This document shows positions 55,344 to 64,000 of a stretch of 64,000 nt of DNA, piece after piece. Both the position numbers and the translations under genes were made by a program. The stretch is taken from contig JAFGLG010000007.1 in assembly GCA_016928155.1 (NCBI GenBank), forward strand, positions 58,973 to 122,972, in the 5' to 3' direction. Position 1 is the first letter of the stretch. Each line of letters opens with the position of its first letter. The notes beneath the pieces are model-generated. The model saw only the letters and a program-made list of their open reading frames with translations, searched no databases and was not told where the DNA came from. Origin of the DNA: Candidatus Woesearchaeota archaeon. GTDB taxonomy: Archaea > Nanobdellota > Nanobdellia > Woesearchaeales > JAFGLG01.

Positions 55344-55687
55344 CTGTCGCAGAAACGGGAACCTGACTCAATAGCTGAACCGCACTTTCTGCATTTACCC
55401 GGAGGGGAAGCGACAAAAGCTCCCATGACAAAGACACTACCGATTATGATGACAATGATAGCGACAATCGAATAAATGGTGTTCTTGTTGCAGAAGGTCT
55501 CTTTCTCCCAGACTGTCAGCTCTCCCATATGCTTCCCTTGGACCTCCAGAAGCGAGAAACCAGGGCCAAGAGCATCATCTGAACATCCGTGCCATGCGCT
55601 CTTGGTGATTGCAACAGGTATAGAGACTAACCCGAAAAGAATCATAATTGAACCCATAATGAGATAGACCCTATCCATTATCCCCAT
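55322..55687 (-). CDS. membrane protein with C-terminal zinc ribbon
   Basis: Two TM segments, then CRKCGSAIESGSRFCDRCG. Confidence 0.55.
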   Translation of the reverse strand: MGIMDRVYLIMGSIMILFGLVSIPVAITKSAWHGCSDDALGPGFSLLEVQGKHMGELTVWEKETFCNKNTIYSIVAIIVIIIGSVFVMGAFVASPPGKCRKCGSAIESGSRFCDRCGMRLK

Positions 55688-56019
55688 TTTTTTTGAAAGA
55701 GATTTAAATAGTTATTGGGTATATATTTTCTATATTGTAATGATCAAATGAGCAATTATTTATATCTCCTTATCTAGGCACCATATGGGGTGGTAGCATG
55801 ATCAAGACATGCATAGACAAGACAGAGCTTGTTCTGGATATAAAAGAACGAATCATGAAGAGCAGGCCAGATTATGACCCAAGACACGCAGAGGAGACAG
55901 CCCGCCGATGGGTCTCAGGATCTGGGCAGAACAAGATACTCTACTGATTGATATTTTTGTCACTTTCTAGTGGTTATAAATAGAAATATTTATATATCAT
56001 CTGTGACATTTCTGGCTGC

Positions 56020-57102
56020 ATGCCTGACAAAAACAAGATACTAGTTCTTGTACAGAGAGTTCCTAGACTCCAGCATTTCATGATATCCGGCGCTACACAT
56101 CTCGGAAGGTCATCTGAGATAGCATGGAAAGTGCCGGAGCGACAGATGCCTGACGAATTCGGGCAGCTCGAATTGGGCATCAAGATCTGCGGCACCAGCA
56201 TCTCAAGGAACCACGCAGGCATCATCCGGAGAGATGATGATTACCTCCTCATGGACCTCAACAGCAGGAACGGCACAGAGGTCATCAGGGAATGGGATAC
56301 AGGCTTCGGAAGGAAAGACATCAACCCAGGCAGGAATGATCCTGTGCCGCTGAAACTCGAGAGAGGCGACACCATAATCCTCGGGAAAGATTTCCAGGTG
56401 AGTGTCGACGACATAATAGAAGAGGCAGGGAACAACCATGCCCTCCTTGTAGGAGCAGACGGCGGGAACCTGCGCGGAGTGAAGAATGACCTGGATAATC
56501 TCGCCTATCATCTGGCAAGAAGGGGATATGCAGGGAACATCACCAGGCTCTACAATGGCCAGGCGACAAAACCGAATGTCAAAGCAGCCCTCGAAAAAGC
56601 AGCATACACCTCGACAAGCGGATCGCATTTCCTTTTCTTCTATTCAGGGCACGGGGGCGAAAGAGGGCTGCACCTGGGATGCTTCAGGAATCTCAAGCCT
56701 GCGGAACTCTACCAGAGCCTCTCAAACATACGGGGCAAGAAAGCAGCTGTGCTAGACTGCTGCCATTCAGGCATCTTCGTGCACGGCATCAACAAGCTAC
56801 TGATACCAGACAACACCCTTGTGCTCGCAGCATGCGCAGCTGACAAGAGAGCATATGAAGGACGGTCACCTATCATGGCCGGCAGTCCTTACATGGGGAG
56901 GTTCACAGAAGCGCTTGTGCATTACCTGCATGAGAACAGAGGAAACATAAATCTCCAGGATTTCAAGGCAGAGCTGGAAAGGAAGATGTCCAATACAGTA
57001 TTCAAGGTCCATTACCAGGAACCCAGAGCAGCAGGCACATCATTCTCCATTGTTGAAGCCCATACATGCAGGGATGAGCAAAAATTTAAAAACAATTCCT
57101 GA
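56020..57102 (+). CDS. FHA domain fused to a caspase-like (C14) peptidase domain
   Basis: FHA: THLGRSSE...ISRNHAGIIRRDDDYLLMDLNSRNGTEV. Caspase dyad: FLFFYSGHGG and AAVLDCCHSGIF. Confidence 0.8.
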   Translation: MPDKNKILVLVQRVPRLQHFMISGATHLGRSSEIAWKVPERQMPDEFGQLELGIKICGTSISRNHAGIIRRDDDYLLMDLNSRNGTEVIREWDTGFGRKDINPGRNDPVPLKLERGDTIILGKDFQVSVDDIIEEAGNNHALLVGADGGNLRGVKNDLDNLAYHLARRGYAGNITRLYNGQATKPNVKAALEKAAYTSTSGSHFLFFYSGHGGERGLHLGCFRNLKPAELYQSLSNIRGKKAAVLDCCHSGIFVHGINKLLIPDNTLVLAACAADKRAYEGRSPIMAGSPYMGRFTEALVHYLHENRGNINLQDFKAELERKMSNTVFKVHYQEPRAAGTSFSIVEAHTCRDEQKFKNNS

Positions 57103-57114
57103 TTATCCTGCTGC

Positions 57115-57915
57115 ATGGATGAGGATAAGGAGCACATCAAGAACCTCAAGTTCAGGGATGACACACTCTTGAAAGCAAGAAAGGTATTCTACAGGCTTTC
57201 AAAGCCTTTTGTGGACCTTGACAAAGAGATAATCAGTAGGATAAGCACTGAAGGCAGCCTGAAGATATTGGATGTCGGCTGCGGGAACGGGGATTTACTC
57301 ATAAAACTCAGGAACACAGGTTTCAGCGGAGAGATGAAAGGGATAGATTTCTCAGAAGGCATAATCAACAATGCCCGCGATGCAGGGAAAGGAACAGGAA
57401 TAGACTTCAGAATCGGAGAAGCAGAGCACCTTCCATTCAGGGATGACTTCTTTGACATCATAATCGCAAAACATGTATTGCACCTTGTCGGGAGACCCCA
57501 GCAGGCATTCAATGAGATATGGAGATGCCTCAAGAAAGGAGGGAAGTTCATCTGCGTGCTACATACAGCAAGAAACAAGCCATTCATCCACGCCCTCGAG
57601 AAAGAGATAAACGAGAAATTCAAGGTATCTATCATGCACACAAGCAAAAATGTCACGATGGAAGATGCAGACCAATACTTTGAGGCATTCAAGGTGCTTG
57701 AGAAGAAGTCCTTCGAGAGCAAAGTTGAGCTGAAAGAGGCAAAGCCATTTGTCGATTATTTTGAGACATTGAAATACAGCTGGGTGCCCAAGCTGACAGA
57801 AGAGCAGTGGAAGCTCATTGTGGAGACGGTCAGGAGATTCGTGGAGCAGATGATAAAGGATCAAGGGCATTTCATCGAACTGAATTCCAATGGGCTGATT
57901 GTCGCGAAGAAATGA
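57115..57915 (+). CDS. class I SAM-dependent methyltransferase
   Basis: ILDVGCGNGDL (motif I) and FDIIIAKHVLHL. Confidence 0.85.
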   Translation: MDEDKEHIKNLKFRDDTLLKARKVFYRLSKPFVDLDKEIISRISTEGSLKILDVGCGNGDLLIKLRNTGFSGEMKGIDFSEGIINNARDAGKGTGIDFRIGEAEHLPFRDDFFDIIIAKHVLHLVGRPQQAFNEIWRCLKKGGKFICVLHTARNKPFIHALEKEINEKFKVSIMHTSKNVTMEDADQYFEAFKVLEKKSFESKVELKEAKPFVDYFETLKYSWVPKLTEEQWKLIVETVRRFVEQMIKDQGHFIELNSNGLIVAKK

Positions 57916-58286
57916 TGCTTCATGACATGATTTGACATGGAATCCCCCTGTTCTTTGAGGTATATTCTTAGTGCAAGGATGCCGAAGGCAAAACCCAAGA
58001 GAAACAAATTCTTCTGGGCGCCAAAAACCAAAGTTTCTTGAGCGAATCAAAGCAATTTCAGGGGCGTTTTTCATAAAGCCCGCAGAGCCTTTTCTAAATA
58101 TCCTAATGTCGGGGCAAATAAAAAGAAGATAAACTATCCAAACAAATCTGAAATCCAATCCCATACTTTTTGGAGAAAGTCATGCTCCCCATAAGAATCA
58201 CCTTTTCTGTCTCCTTCAGGCAAACTTGGAGGTTCCATAATACCTTCGCCTTCAAACTCAGCATCATCAGTCAATCCCTTCAGATC

Positions 58287-58775
58287 TTAGGTATAAGACA
58301 ACCGTGTAACATACTTTGCATTGGCCAGGTTCAAGGATTTCTCCAGCTTCTTTTTCAGTCCGTAACTGATCTTTTTGCTTTCTTCAACTGTTAAGATATC
58401 ATTCTGGTCTGCAACAGGATTAACAGTCAATACATGAACATCAATCATACTCTCGCCAAGATTCAGGCTGGATATCTCTAATGGATAGTATGGTTTTTTA
58501 GGTTGAAATCGAAAGATTAGGTGAGTGGCCATGCCTTGTCTCAGGTCCTTAATACCCCAGTAATAGTCGTAAAGAGGATCGAGCCTATCTGATAAGTATC
58601 TGAGGACAACTTCATATTTTTTCCTGGCATTTTTGATAGTCTCTTCATTGATTATTTCCTGTATCGCCTTTACGTCATTCATTGAACCAACAGGATCCAA
58701 CTCCGCAGCATAACAAAAATTATCATCAGCATATATATCATAAAAATATTCTGAAGAGTCCAGGTCACCGTTCAC
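58287..58775 (-). CDS. hypothetical protein (frame stays open for 50 more codons after its TAA)
   Basis: 162-aa ORF coupled (ATGA) to the upstream membrane-protein gene. See the finding on the in-frame stop. Confidence 0.5.
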   Translation of the reverse strand: MNGDLDSSEYFYDIYADDNFCYAAELDPVGSMNDVKAIQEIINEETIKNARKKYEVVLRYLSDRLDPLYDYYWGIKDLRQGMATHLIFRFQPKKPYYPLEISSLNLGESMIDVHVLTVNPVADQNDILTVEESKKISYGLKKKLEKSLNLANAKYVTRLSYT

Positions 58776-59059
58776 TTTCTGAATTTATCAATCATCAGAC
58801 AAGCCAAACCATAAGAAATGATAAATTCAAGCACGACAAAAATCATTCCAATAATCCCAAGATATATATGCGGAGAAAAATCACCAACATAAAATCCGTC
58901 TGAAAAAGTGAATAAGGGCATAACCTTTTTACATACACCGGTCCCTTCTTTACATTCATTTGCCGGGATTATTGGCAACAAAGAGATTATAAACAATAGG
59001 ATTACTGCAAGAATAATCTTCGACAGGTTCGGTTTGAATATTTCTTTCATATAGAACAA
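58772..59059 (-). CDS. small membrane protein
   Basis: 95 aa with two TM segments. Confidence 0.5.
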   Translation of the reverse strand: MFYMKEIFKPNLSKIILAVILLFIISLLPIIPANECKEGTGVCKKVMPLFTFSDGFYVGDFSPHIYLGIIGMIFVVLEFIISYGLACLMIDKFRK

Positions 59060-59205
59060 TTAGTCTCATTATTATATAAATCTATTGATAACCTCTAGGT
59101 GACCTAAATCGAGTTTAACATTGGACCCTGTTATCAGCCCAGAGCGAACAAAGAATATTGTAGGCGAAAGCCTGCAAGACAGGGTTCGACTGAAAGGAGA
59201 AAGCG

Positions 59206-59268
59206 GGATTTTCAATTTATTATAAACAATCCCCCAAAAGAAGCTATCTTTTAAGTCAGAAGTCCCCC
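59206..59268. repeat. left arm of an interrupted inverted repeat flanking 59305..60093
   Basis: GGATTTTCAATTTA (59206-59219) ... AGTCAGAAGTCCCCC (59254-59268). Their reverse complements lie at 60212-60225 and 60186-60200. Confidence 0.75.
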
Positions 59269-59304
59269 CACCCTGTGGGAAGTTCAGGGTGGGCGGGAAA
59301 AATT

Positions 59305-60093
59305 TTAATCTGCACCAACTAGGCCCTTAAACCAATTAAGAATCTTCTGTAAAAGTCCGTTACTTATACATTTTCCTGAAACACAAAAATCAGAAGAACA
59401 TTCAAAATTGTTTTCACAAGCTTCCCCTGTCTGTTTTTGTGATAACCAGATATAATCAGGAGAACAATAGCGAACATCTCTTCTTAACCCAGTCATCTCA
59501 CAAGAAACACCTGTTTCTGGACCGCCTTTTGTCCCACAATCTTGCGGACAATAATAAGGATATGATGCTGTGTTTTCTCCATAATCACAAACATTGTCGC
59601 CACATTTTCCATATTGGATCGGGCCAGCAGAAGCATCTTCAATAATCCATATATAATTCTGGCAACTCATCCCCGCCAAACCCCCTGTTTCGTCATTAGC
59701 ATGTTTCGAATCTTTGTAATATCTTATACTTTGTCCAACCTTCAGGTCATTCCCAAATCTCCTTGGCCCCCCTCCTGCACAATTTTCTTCTTCTCCTTCA
59801 ATACTATGAAAGAGTTGTGTGTTATACCCAACAATATCCCCTGCCTCATAATCCCCTTTCAAAGAGTTAGTTACTTCAATCTTAAAAGTGCAATCTTTTA
59901 TCATTTCATAACAATCCTCCTGCTCAATACCCCCTTTGTAGGGCTTGCCACAAATTTTGTCATTTATCATCCCTTCGATGGCAAATGTAGAAGAGTCTAA
60001 AAGTTGTGAATCTGAACAAGGAGGTTGCATGGCATAAACCATAGAAATTGATACCAAAAAAATTAATGCAGTCAATATAATTTTTGTTTCCAT
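59305..60093 (-). CDS. secreted Cys-rich protein
   Basis: Signal METKIILTALIFLVSISMVYA, CGDNVCDYGEN...YYCPQDCG, and C-terminal GEACENNFECSSDFCVSGKC. Confidence 0.6.
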   Translation of the reverse strand: METKIILTALIFLVSISMVYAMQPPCSDSQLLDSSTFAIEGMINDKICGKPYKGGIEQEDCYEMIKDCTFKIEVTNSLKGDYEAGDIVGYNTQLFHSIEGEEENCAGGGPRRFGNDLKVGQSIRYYKDSKHANDETGGLAGMSCQNYIWIIEDASAGPIQYGKCGDNVCDYGENTASYPYYCPQDCGTKGGPETGVSCEMTGLRRDVRYCSPDYIWLSQKQTGEACENNFECSSDFCVSGKCISNGLLQKILNWFKGLVGAD

Positions 60094-60185
60094 CTTGATA
60101 AGAATAAACATCCCGGATTTAAAAAGGTTACTGTAACTTCAAATACGTTTGCAGTTTTCTCACACGCGCAAAGCGAGTGTGAGGC

Positions 60186-60225
60186 GGGGGACTTCTGACT
60201 CTTGTCTTCGGTAAATTGAAAATCC
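60186..60225. repeat. right arm of the interrupted inverted repeat
   Basis: GGGGGACTTCTGACT (60186-60200) ... TAAATTGAAAATCC (60212-60225). Confidence 0.75.
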
Positions 60226-60634
60226 TATTGCTGATAATATCCTACTTAACCAAAGTCCCGAAAGCAAAAATTTTCCCTCGAATTTGAGGCAACCCGCAAA
60301 ACCGAATTTGGATGGGGAAGTCTGCAAGACTTTGGAATCTCTTAATCGCTGTTAGTTGCGTCACGAAGTGAAAACATCCCGAAGAGTTGAAAAATGGCAA
60401 ACATTGTCGAGAACGAAGCTCATCCAATCAAACAGAGAAAGGGGCTGTTTTTTATTGAAAATGACGTTTGTCATTTTAAGGGGTTTAATACCCCACCCTT
60501 CAGGGCGTCATTTTCAATTCCAAACCATAAAATAGCTTAGCAATTTTAGGGCCCCAAAAATCAAAGATTTTTGAGGGAATCACACAATCAAATACTCCAA
60601 CCTTTAGGTTGGAGATTAGTGCGATTTCTGTTAT

Positions 60635-61903
60635 TTAGAGGAAAATATTTGCTCTCTGCACATATTGGACAAAAGGACCATTATCTGCATATAATTTTAC
60701 TAAAAAGTTTATGAAATCAGGATATGACTTAAGATATTTTTTACTTCCATTAATTGCTTGAAGTATAATCTCGCATGCGATTTCTGCTATTCCTTCAGAA
60801 AAGCTAGTCTTGTGAGTTTTCTTTCCTAACAATTGAAGATCAGGAACCATGAAGTCCTGAGCAATATTAAATTTACTGCTTCTAGAACCGCCTCCAATAT
60901 GAACCCCATTTTGTTCCAGAATTTTCGTCACAATTTGAGCACCCCTAGTTACCAAATGAGGTTCGTCTCCGTGAATTACAATATTATCATCTTGCTGAAA
61001 TAACATACCCACTGATTCTGGCTGACATGTTTTAATTTGGCCTCTAAATCCAGACTTAACCAGAACTTGAACTGCCGAAATAAAAGCTTTTGCTGTGAAT
61101 GTATGATAATCAAGACTTATATATGCTTTAAAACTTCTGTGTTGTTGAGCATCGCCATTTAGAACAAAATGATTCCAACCAGCTCCTGATTTGTATTGTA
61201 CGCCACTAATTCTTGGAACTTCTTTCTCAATAATATTTAATTCTAACTTTAGTTTATCCCATAAATTTCTCTTTGAACCCCGGATATAATCTCTTATTAA
61301 TGCTTCATCGCCCACAAAACCAGAAAATCTTGCTCTGAGATATTTGTATAGGCGGTTAGGGTCTCTTCCCACTCTGCTAAGAAACTTCGTAAAATCTTCT
61401 CCTGCAGATTCTGATTTACTTGCTTCAGCAGAAAAGAAAGCAATACACTTTTTCGGAACAGCTCGGCCTCTCCCCTCATGAATTGCTCTTTCTTGTGATT
61501 CCTTTATGAATCTAATTTCTTGCTGAAAAAGAGAGTCAATCTCCTGAGTAAAACTTCGTAATCTGTCAAGCTCTTGTTTTTGTGTTTTTGGGTCTAAACC
61601 TCTATTAGATTCCATTACTTTGATGTGATCTTTTAATTGCTGTGCTTTGGTAATAATTCTTAAAGAAAGTTCTGGAACATCCAAACCCCTATTATGCAAA
61701 TCCTGAAGTTCTCTAATCAAAACAATATCTTCATCCTCAATATGTTCAAGTCTATGTTCTCTCTGTTCCATCCATTGCCAATTATCAGGAATGCTTAATT
61801 CGTCTTTCTCTATAGAACGAATCATACTATGGATCTGCTTTCGTAAATCTTGATGAAACCACATAGATAATAAAAAATAAGCCCCATTTAATAAGTTTGC
61901 CAT
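60635..61903 (-). CDS. hypothetical 422-aa protein with atypical codon usage
   Basis: Long ORF using TTA/CAA/AAA/AAT codons, unlike most of the window. No motif recognised with confidence. Confidence 0.6.
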   Translation of the reverse strand: MANLLNGAYFLLSMWFHQDLRKQIHSMIRSIEKDELSIPDNWQWMEQREHRLEHIEDEDIVLIRELQDLHNRGLDVPELSLRIITKAQQLKDHIKVMESNRGLDPKTQKQELDRLRSFTQEIDSLFQQEIRFIKESQERAIHEGRGRAVPKKCIAFFSAEASKSESAGEDFTKFLSRVGRDPNRLYKYLRARFSGFVGDEALIRDYIRGSKRNLWDKLKLELNIIEKEVPRISGVQYKSGAGWNHFVLNGDAQQHRSFKAYISLDYHTFTAKAFISAVQVLVKSGFRGQIKTCQPESVGMLFQQDDNIVIHGDEPHLVTRGAQIVTKILEQNGVHIGGGSRSSKFNIAQDFMVPDLQLLGKKTHKTSFSEGIAEIACEIILQAINGSKKYLKSYPDFINFLVKLYADNGPFVQYVQRANIFL

Positions 61904-62064
61904 TTTTCAATTGCAAATAGCATCGGGATTATCAATAAGTTTTTTGCGTAGCAAAAAATTTGGATGGAGCCCGCAGGGCGGAGTCTCTAAATCCTCGTCA
62001 TGCGTTTCTTCTGCAGGAAAAAATGCCGAAGCTAAGCATATGCACAGTATTACACAAGGTGGCA

Positions 62065-62508
62065 TTACCAAGCATAAGCGATCAGAAAAGAAAGCGGGAT
62101 ATATGTGGCCAAATTTGCTAAAAAAGAAATCTTCAGTAAATCTAATATTCTCATATTGACTTTTCTGAAAAATGGGATATAGATCCCCCATTCAATAAAT
62201 GCAGAAAACACAAAAGCGACACCAACCAATATCAGGTTTACATCAGTATTTTTGTAAAGACGGACAAAAGTTCCCAAAAAAGAAGTCACAATGTTTGCAA
62301 CAAAAGTGACTAAGACCAATTTCCAAAAACCAATGGGAACTTTTATGACCTTATCTGCCAGCAACCAGAATGCGAACGCTTCGACAAAAATAATGAAGGG
62401 TATCAAAGGGATAGTCAGCCTAGAAAGCGGAATAATCAAATCTGCTGAAACCAATTGAGGGAGCAAAAGAAAAGCCAATATTGCTGATAATAAAGATTTC
62501 TTGTCCAT
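62065..62508 (-). CDS. multi-pass membrane protein
   Basis: Probable start MDKKSLLSAILAFLLLPQLVSA, followed by four hydrophobic segments. Confidence 0.5.
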   Translation of the reverse strand: MDKKSLLSAILAFLLLPQLVSADLIIPLSRLTIPLIPFIIFVEAFAFWLLADKVIKVPIGFWKLVLVTFVANIVTSFLGTFVRLYKNTDVNLILVGVAFVFSAFIEWGIYIPFFRKVNMRILDLLKISFLANLATYIPLSFLIAYAW

Positions 62509-62771
62509 AATATGACAATATCCTTGATTATTTATATAACTTTCCAAAGGCCAACACCCGGGTAACGCACATAACAGTGTCTGACTCTTTTTCCGATACA
62601 AAGTGTCAGAAAAATCCATACAAAGTGTGGAAGTACGCGCAAGCTGAGTTTAATCGCATTATATGTCCAGGAGGGCGAAATCTGAAGGATTTCGAGTCGA
62701 GGGTTTATCTTATGATCACGGGGCGGATGCGGCGCATTGTCCAGAAGAAGAGAGAGCGGGGAGAAATCTAA

Positions 62772-63083
62772 TCAAAAAATTGCTCTGAGCATCAAGGAAA
62801 CCTGACCAATAAGGAAATACATCAAAAAAATACAGGCAATAAATGAAATAACATAATATATAGTAAAAAATTTCACATTCTTTTTCAATATATGATATAT
62901 TATAAATGCTATCATAACAAAAATGAAAAATATAATGAAACCAGAGATAATCATATAAAAATTATAACTATTGTAACCCATTGTCATCATAGCATGTCTT
63001 TTTGAAAAAAGAAAACTTAACAAGAATAGAGTGATTATTGTAGGTATTAAATGATATAGCATCTTTTTGTCTAGATTCTTCAT
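62772..63083 (-). CDS. small membrane protein
   Basis: 103 aa with three hydrophobic segments. Very AT-rich. Confidence 0.45.
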   Translation of the reverse strand: MKNLDKKMLYHLIPTIITLFLLSFLFSKRHAMMTMGYNSYNFYMIISGFIIFFIFVMIAFIIYHILKKNVKFFTIYYVISFIACIFLMYFLIGQVSLMLRAIF

Positions 63084-63519
63084 TAAAGTAAATATTAATC
63101 CAAGAGATATTTAAATGTTTATGCTGGGATATTGCATCTTCCCACCCCATTTCTTTTCTTAAGATAAATCCTCAATTGAGTTTAATTGATGTTAATGGCG
63201 CTCCGACATGAGCAAAACTTTATGATGAGTAGAAAATCACAGATTTGCGCCACGAATCAATAAATTTTCAGTTATGACGCAAGAAAAACCCTGTTTTTCT
63301 GAGTAATAATTGACTTTAAAAACATATACACACAAAATGCGGAAATAAGGATTCTTAAGGTTGATAAATGCATTTTATTTATGATCGATTCCAAATAAGT
63401 GACATGACTGTTGAATGATTTTCGGGTTTGCAAGGGAAATATGTTTATCTATAGTCTTGTTCTATTGGAAAGGCAACATTTATATATGAGGTAAGACTAA
63501 TCTTACCTTGGTGATATTA

Positions 63520-63786
63520 ATGGATGTTGCAATAACCAAGATAAGCTCAAAAGGCCAGGTTGTGATCCCAGCAGAGATGAGGAAGGACCTGAAAGATGGA
63601 GACAAATTGATAGTAATCAGGAATAAGGAACAGATAATCCTGAAAAAGGCAAGCCGATTGGGGGAGAATCTAGCTGAAGACCTTGAGTTCGCAAAAAGGA
63701 CTGAGGAATCTTACCAGAGGATTGAGCAGGGAAAGGGCATAAAAATGGAATTTGATGAGCTTATCAGACATATGAAAAAATGGTAG
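63520..63786 (+). CDS. AbrB/MazE/SpoVT-family antitoxin
   Basis: MDVAITKISSKGQVVIPAEMRKDL. Confidence 0.75.
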   Translation: MDVAITKISSKGQVVIPAEMRKDLKDGDKLIVIRNKEQIILKKASRLGENLAEDLEFAKRTEESYQRIEQGKGIKMEFDELIRHMKKW

Positions 63787-64000
63787 AAGTAGTCTTTGAT
63801 GATAATTTCAGGAGGTATTTTAAGAAGATAAAAAGCCAATCCATGAAAATGCAGATAATCAGCCAGATTGAGAAAATCAGAGAGAATCCTGAAACAGGAA
63901 AACCGATGAGATTCAGCAGAAAAGGAACAAGAGAATTATACATCTCTCCTTACAGATTATCCTACACCATAAAAGAGGGTATTATCTACATTCTTGATTT
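63780..64000 (+). CDS. RelE/ParE-family toxin, partial (runs off the right edge)
   Basis: The ATG overlaps the antitoxin stop. MVEVVFDDNFRRYFKKI...IRENPETGKPMRFSRKGTRELYISPYRLSYTIKEGIIYILD follows the RelE pattern. Confidence 0.65.
   Translation, partial: MVEVVFDDNFRRYFKKIKSQSMKMQIISQIEKIRENPETGKPMRFSRKGTRELYISPYRLSYTIKEGIIYILD

Noticed and set aside
58287-58289. Whether the in-frame TAA indicates stop-codon reassignment
   Set aside because: TAA, TAG and TGA all terminate well-supported conserved genes in this window at the expected lengths (for example dnaK, gdhA and trxB). A global recoding is therefore not supported.
59100-59300. Considered SRP RNA or RNase P RNA because of GNRA-capped stems and GAAGTCCCCC / GAAAGTCCC-like strings (the latter also seen at 31825-31838)
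   Set aside because: I could not find the conserved SRP helix-8 sequence (CCGGAAGG-type), or a matching RNase P CR-I/CR-V pair able to form P4. The resemblance is limited to short strings. It is kept only as a generic structured-spacer observation.
1-64000. Search for CRISPR arrays, rRNA genes, transposases, integrases and reverse transcriptases
   Set aside because: I saw no regularly spaced direct repeats and no rRNA-like conserved stretches. No ORF carries DDE, tyrosine or serine recombinase motifs or the RT YxDD motif.

Overview
Gene-dense window of about 100 genes that reads as a small-genome, DPANN-like archaeon. Supporting signs are AT-rich TATA boxes about 25 nt upstream of many near-leaderless starts, an archaeal-type NMN adenylyltransferase, a RibL-like cytidylyltransferase, AlaX, and four intron-containing tRNA genes, three with introns in the T-loop. 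Recognisable content: an hsp20-grpE-dnaK-dnaJ locus interrupted by four extra genes, glutamate dehydrogenase, cysteine synthase, endonuclease III, an NAD(P)HX dehydratase, an ArsR-headed thiol-redox/permease cluster with thioredoxin reductase, a K+ channel and a Kef-type antiporter, two large repeat-domain surface proteins, and several type II toxin-antitoxin pairs (VapBC, DUF4258 with a Zn-ribbon-AbrB partner, HEPN/MNT, AbrB/RelE). The most unusual observations are listed here. (1) Truncated copies of tRNA 3-prime ends are fused to a conserved hairpin module beside tRNA-Met, tRNA-Ala and a third tRNA. (2) A GAF-GGDEF diguanylate-cyclase-like gene sits in an archaeal context. (3) A SEC-C/kinase-like gene is paired with a SpoT-type HD-domain gene. 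(4) There is an FHA-caspase fusion. (5) There is an HslV/proteasome-beta-like protein with a large helical insertion. (6) A 17-nt palindrome is shared by the hsp20-dnaK promoter and the promoter of a wHTH regulator. (7) An AT-rich island with different codon usage (58.1-63.1 kb) holds an inverted-repeat-flanked secreted-protein gene and long structured spacers. No rRNA, CRISPR array, transposase or integrase was recognised. All domain calls come from reading motifs by eye and none has been checked against a database.
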